From: Bryobacterales bacterium
GTDB taxonomy: Bacteria; Acidobacteriota; Terriglobia; Bryobacterales; UBA6623
Length of the DNA: 64,000 nucleotides
Assembly: GCA_965205595.1 (NCBI GenBank)
Contig: CBDBHI010000020.1
Span: 82,056-146,055, forward strand
Direction: 5' to 3'
Part shown: positions 61,323-64,000 of the stretch, piece after piece
Position numbering within the stretch: position 1 is the stretch's first letter
Layout: every line of letters begins with the position of its first letter
Notes under the pieces: model-generated
Databases searched by the model: none
What the model saw: only the letters and a program-made list of their open reading frames with translations
What the model was told of the DNA's origin: nothing
Translations under genes and position numbers: made by a program

Positions 61323-61555
61323 GAATTCGATTCCCACTCGTCGCCAGTTGGCGAGACGATGTCGCCCTGCCAGACGACGCTTCCGATGAGGGATTTTGGG
61401 CCTTCATCGTCGATTGATGTGATCCTGGCGACAGGTTTTCCGCGCTTCGTCACGATGAGGCTTTTGCCAGTCAGGGCAACCTCGTCGAGCAAGGCGAGGC
61501 ATTTCGCCTTGAATTCACCAGCGGGAACCTCGATGGAATCAGTGACCATAGTCAT
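61319..61555 (-). CDS. Phd/YefM antitoxin
   Basis: VPAGEFKAKCLALLDEV..IVTKRGKPVARI. Confidence 0.92.
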   Translation of the reverse strand: MTMVTDSIEVPAGEFKAKCLALLDEVALTGKSLIVTKRGKPVARITSIDDEGPKSLIGSVVWQGDIVSPTGDEWESNS

Positions 61556-61590
61556 CAGTCTATAGTCACATCGGGGTTTTGTCTAGACGC

Positions 61591-63387
61591 CTACTTCCGG
61601 AAACTCGCCGACAACACCTTCTTCCGCAGCCTGATCGCCGTTGGCGTCACCTCAACCCATTCATCGTCTTGCACGAACTCGATTGCTTGGTCGAGATTCA
61701 TCAGCCTCGGTGGCACCAGTCGAATGCCTTCCTCGGAATTTGCCGAGCGCATGTTGGTTAGCTTCTTTTCGCGAACGATGTTCACGTTCAGGTCGGCGTT
61801 GCGGGCGTTCTCACCCACGATCATGCCTTCATAGACTTGCGTTGCGGGGCGGACGAACATCTCTCCGCGCTCTTGTAGGTTGAATATCGCAAAGCCAGTC
61901 GTCTTGCCCGCGCGGTCGGAAATCAGCGAGCCCGTAGGCCGCAATGGGATGTCGCCCTGCCAGGCGATGTAGCCGGCAAATAGCGAATTCATGATCGCCG
62001 TACCCTTCGTGTCGGTGAGGACCTGGCTGCGTAGTCCGATCAGCCCGCGCGAGGGTATTTCAAACTCGATGCGCACGCGGCCCGAGCCGTGGTTGACCAT
62101 CTTCGTGGTCTTGCCCTTGCGCGTGCCCATTGTTTCCATCACGACGCCCACGAATTCTTCGGGGCAATCGACCGTAAGGTGCTCCAACGGTTCGTGCAGC
62201 TTGCCATCGACCTTTCTGGTCAAGATCTCGGGCTTGCCCACCATCAACTCGAACCCCTCGCGGCGCATGGTCTCGACCAAGATTGCTAGTTGCAACTCAC
62301 CGCGGCCTGATATGCGAAACGATTCCGGCCCATCGCCGGCTTCGACCTGGATCGAAACGTTCGTCAGTAACTCGCGTTCGAGCCGATCGCGAATATTTCG
62401 AGAGGTTACATACTTGCCTTCGCGCCCCGCGAATGGCGATGTGTTCACCGCGAAGGTCATCGCGATGGTGGGCTCGTCGATCTGAATCTGCGCGCGTGGC
62501 ATCGGACCATCGGCCGCGCTAACGGTCTCACCGATCGTGATGCCCTCGACACCCGCGATGGCCAAGATGTCCCCCGGCCGCGCTTCAGTTTCTTCGACCC
62601 GCTTCAGCCCCTCGAACGAATACATCTTCGTGATGCGGGTCTTTTCGATCGAACCGTCGAGCTTGCAGATCGAGACGTCGTCGCCCTGGTTTAGGGTGCC
62701 GGCAAATACGCGTCCGATCGCCATGCGGCCGAGATACTCGTTGTAGTCGAGGTTCGCGACTAGCAGTTGCAGTACCGCCGTGGGATCGCCGGTGGGTGGG
62801 GGTACGGTGTGGATGATTGTTTCGAAGAGAGGGCGGAGACTGTCGGAATCATCGTCGGGGTCGAGCTTGGCGATACCGTCGCGCGCCACCGCGTAGAGCA
62901 CCGGGAAGTCGAGCTGGTCTTCAGCGGCGTCTAAGTCAATGAAAAGGTCGTAGACCTCGTTGACGACGTCTTGAATGCGAGCGTCCTGGCGGTCGATCTT
63001 GTTGATGACGACGATCGGCGTCAAGTGCGCCTCTAGCGCCTTCATGAGGACGTAGCGCGTCTGCGGCAGAGGGCCTTCGCTCGCGTCGACCAGCAGCATC
63101 ACGCCGTCGACGATTTTCAACGCGCGCTCGACCTCCCCACCAAAGTCCGCGTGGCCCGGCGTGTCGACGATGTTGATCTTATGCTCGCCGTAGCGAACAC
63201 CGGTGGTCTTGGCAAGAATGGTGATGCCGCGCTCGCGTTCGAGCTCGCCCGAATCAAGCGCGCGATCTTCGATATTTTCGCGTTCACCGAAAATGCCGCT
63301 TTGCTTGAACATGGCGTCGACGAGTGTGGTTTTGCCGTGGTCGACGTGGGCGATGATGGCGATGTTGCGGGTAGACGTGGACTGCAT
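61591..63387 (-). CDS. typA: Translational GTPase TypA/BipA
   Basis: [66 protein letters not shown]. Confidence 0.99.
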   Translation of the reverse strand: MQSTSTRNIAIIAHVDHGKTTLVDAMFKQSGIFGERENIEDRALDSGELERERGITILAKTTGVRYGEHKINIVDTPGHADFGGEVERALKIVDGVMLLVDASEGPLPQTRYVLMKALEAHLTPIVVINKIDRQDARIQDVVNEVYDLFIDLDAAEDQLDFPVLYAVARDGIAKLDPDDDSDSLRPLFETIIHTVPPPTGDPTAVLQLLVANLDYNEYLGRMAIGRVFAGTLNQGDDVSICKLDGSIEKTRITKMYSFEGLKRVEETEARPGDILAIAGVEGITIGETVSAADGPMPRAQIQIDEPTIAMTFAVNTSPFAGREGKYVTSRNIRDRLERELLTNVSIQVEAGDGPESFRISGRGELQLAILVETMRREGFELMVGKPEILTRKVDGKLHEPLEHLTVDCPEEFVGVVMETMGTRKGKTTKMVNHGSGRVRIEFEIPSRGLIGLRSQVLTDTKGTAIMNSLFAGYIAWQGDIPLRPTGSLISDRAGKTTGFAIFNLQERGEMFVRPATQVYEGMIVGENARNADLNVNIVREKKLTNMRSANSEEGIRLVPPRLMNLDQAIEFVQDDEWVEVTPTAIRLRKKVLSASFRK

Positions 63388-63505
63388 GGGGATACAGAAA
63401 TCCTCAGTTTCGGATGGGAACAAGGGAGGCCGGGAGGGTCAACCGTCCGCGGCGCGGGCGGCAACTCTTAGCTTAGCGGTTGGCGGTGGAACCCTGTTAG
63501 TGGCG

Positions 63506-64000
63506 TCTTGTCCAATACAAGATGAGCCTGAAGGGAGGGGTGATTCCAACACAAGATGAGCCTGAAGGTAATTTGGGCAAGGTCGATTAGGAACAGGCAA
63601 ACTGCGGGCGATGGGAGTCGCCGTGCAGCAAGCCGAATCAGTGAGTCTCGATGAGATCGAGAGTTTTCTCGACGGGTGTGGGTCCGTCGAGTTCCAGGCC
63701 GGAAGTCGAGCGGATAAATACGCGCTCGTCGAAGGCGTCCTGAAGAGGCATCATTATGCCGACCAGAAGCGCTCGGTTAAAGGATTGTTGAGACGCTTCC
63801 TGAGCAAGCTAACCGGCTTAAGCCGCGCCCAATTGACTCGCCTCATCGGGCAGTTTTTGCGCGAAAAGTGCGTTCGGCCGACAGCCTATCGAAGGCGCCG
63901 CTTCCCCACCAAGTACAGCCGCGCCGACATCGTTCTCCTGGCGCATGTCGACCAAGTACAGCAACGTCTCTCCGGGCCGGCGACGCGTCGCATTCTCCAG
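63506..64000 (+). mobile_element. Diverged third member of the 1.6-kb DDE IS family, truncated by window end; transposase starts at 63611
   Basis: Same left end TCTTGTCCAATACAAGATGAGCC preceded by CG; [28 protein letters not shown]... Confidence 0.9.

Noticed and set aside
1-64000. CRISPR array, tRNA or rRNA genes
   Set aside because: No regularly spaced repeat-spacer units or recognisable structural RNA genes seen; the repeats found are IS ends, MITEs or short tandems

Overview
About 60% GC bacterial DNA whose gene content points to Acidobacteriota (Bryobacterales/Solibacter-like): an acidobacterial VWA protein, kinase-TPR and wHTH-PD40 proteins, and a TIGR03437-type surface protein. Intact housekeeping blocks (xseB, recA, rluA-type, argF-argG-argH-argR with ARG boxes, murQ, acs, ROK, typA) alternate with eroding accessory DNA. 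That DNA includes an integrase+IS91 element, an IS903-group element, two IS256 copies, three copies of a 1.6-kb DDE IS, a CTAG-flanked MITE family, a Tad/Flp pilus locus broken in five of its seven genes, and two TA modules. The most striking structure is at 50.6-55.3 kb. A dead group II intron sits in one arm of a REP-like inverted repeat. Its RT gene is split at the conserved PQGG-V-ITPLLAN motif by a 2.2-kb, three-gene large-serine-recombinase element with readable attL/attR sites. The recombinase ORF runs through its own att site, so the integrated and excised forms would encode different C-terminal tails. All calls come from reading the sequence and recognising motifs; no database searches were run.
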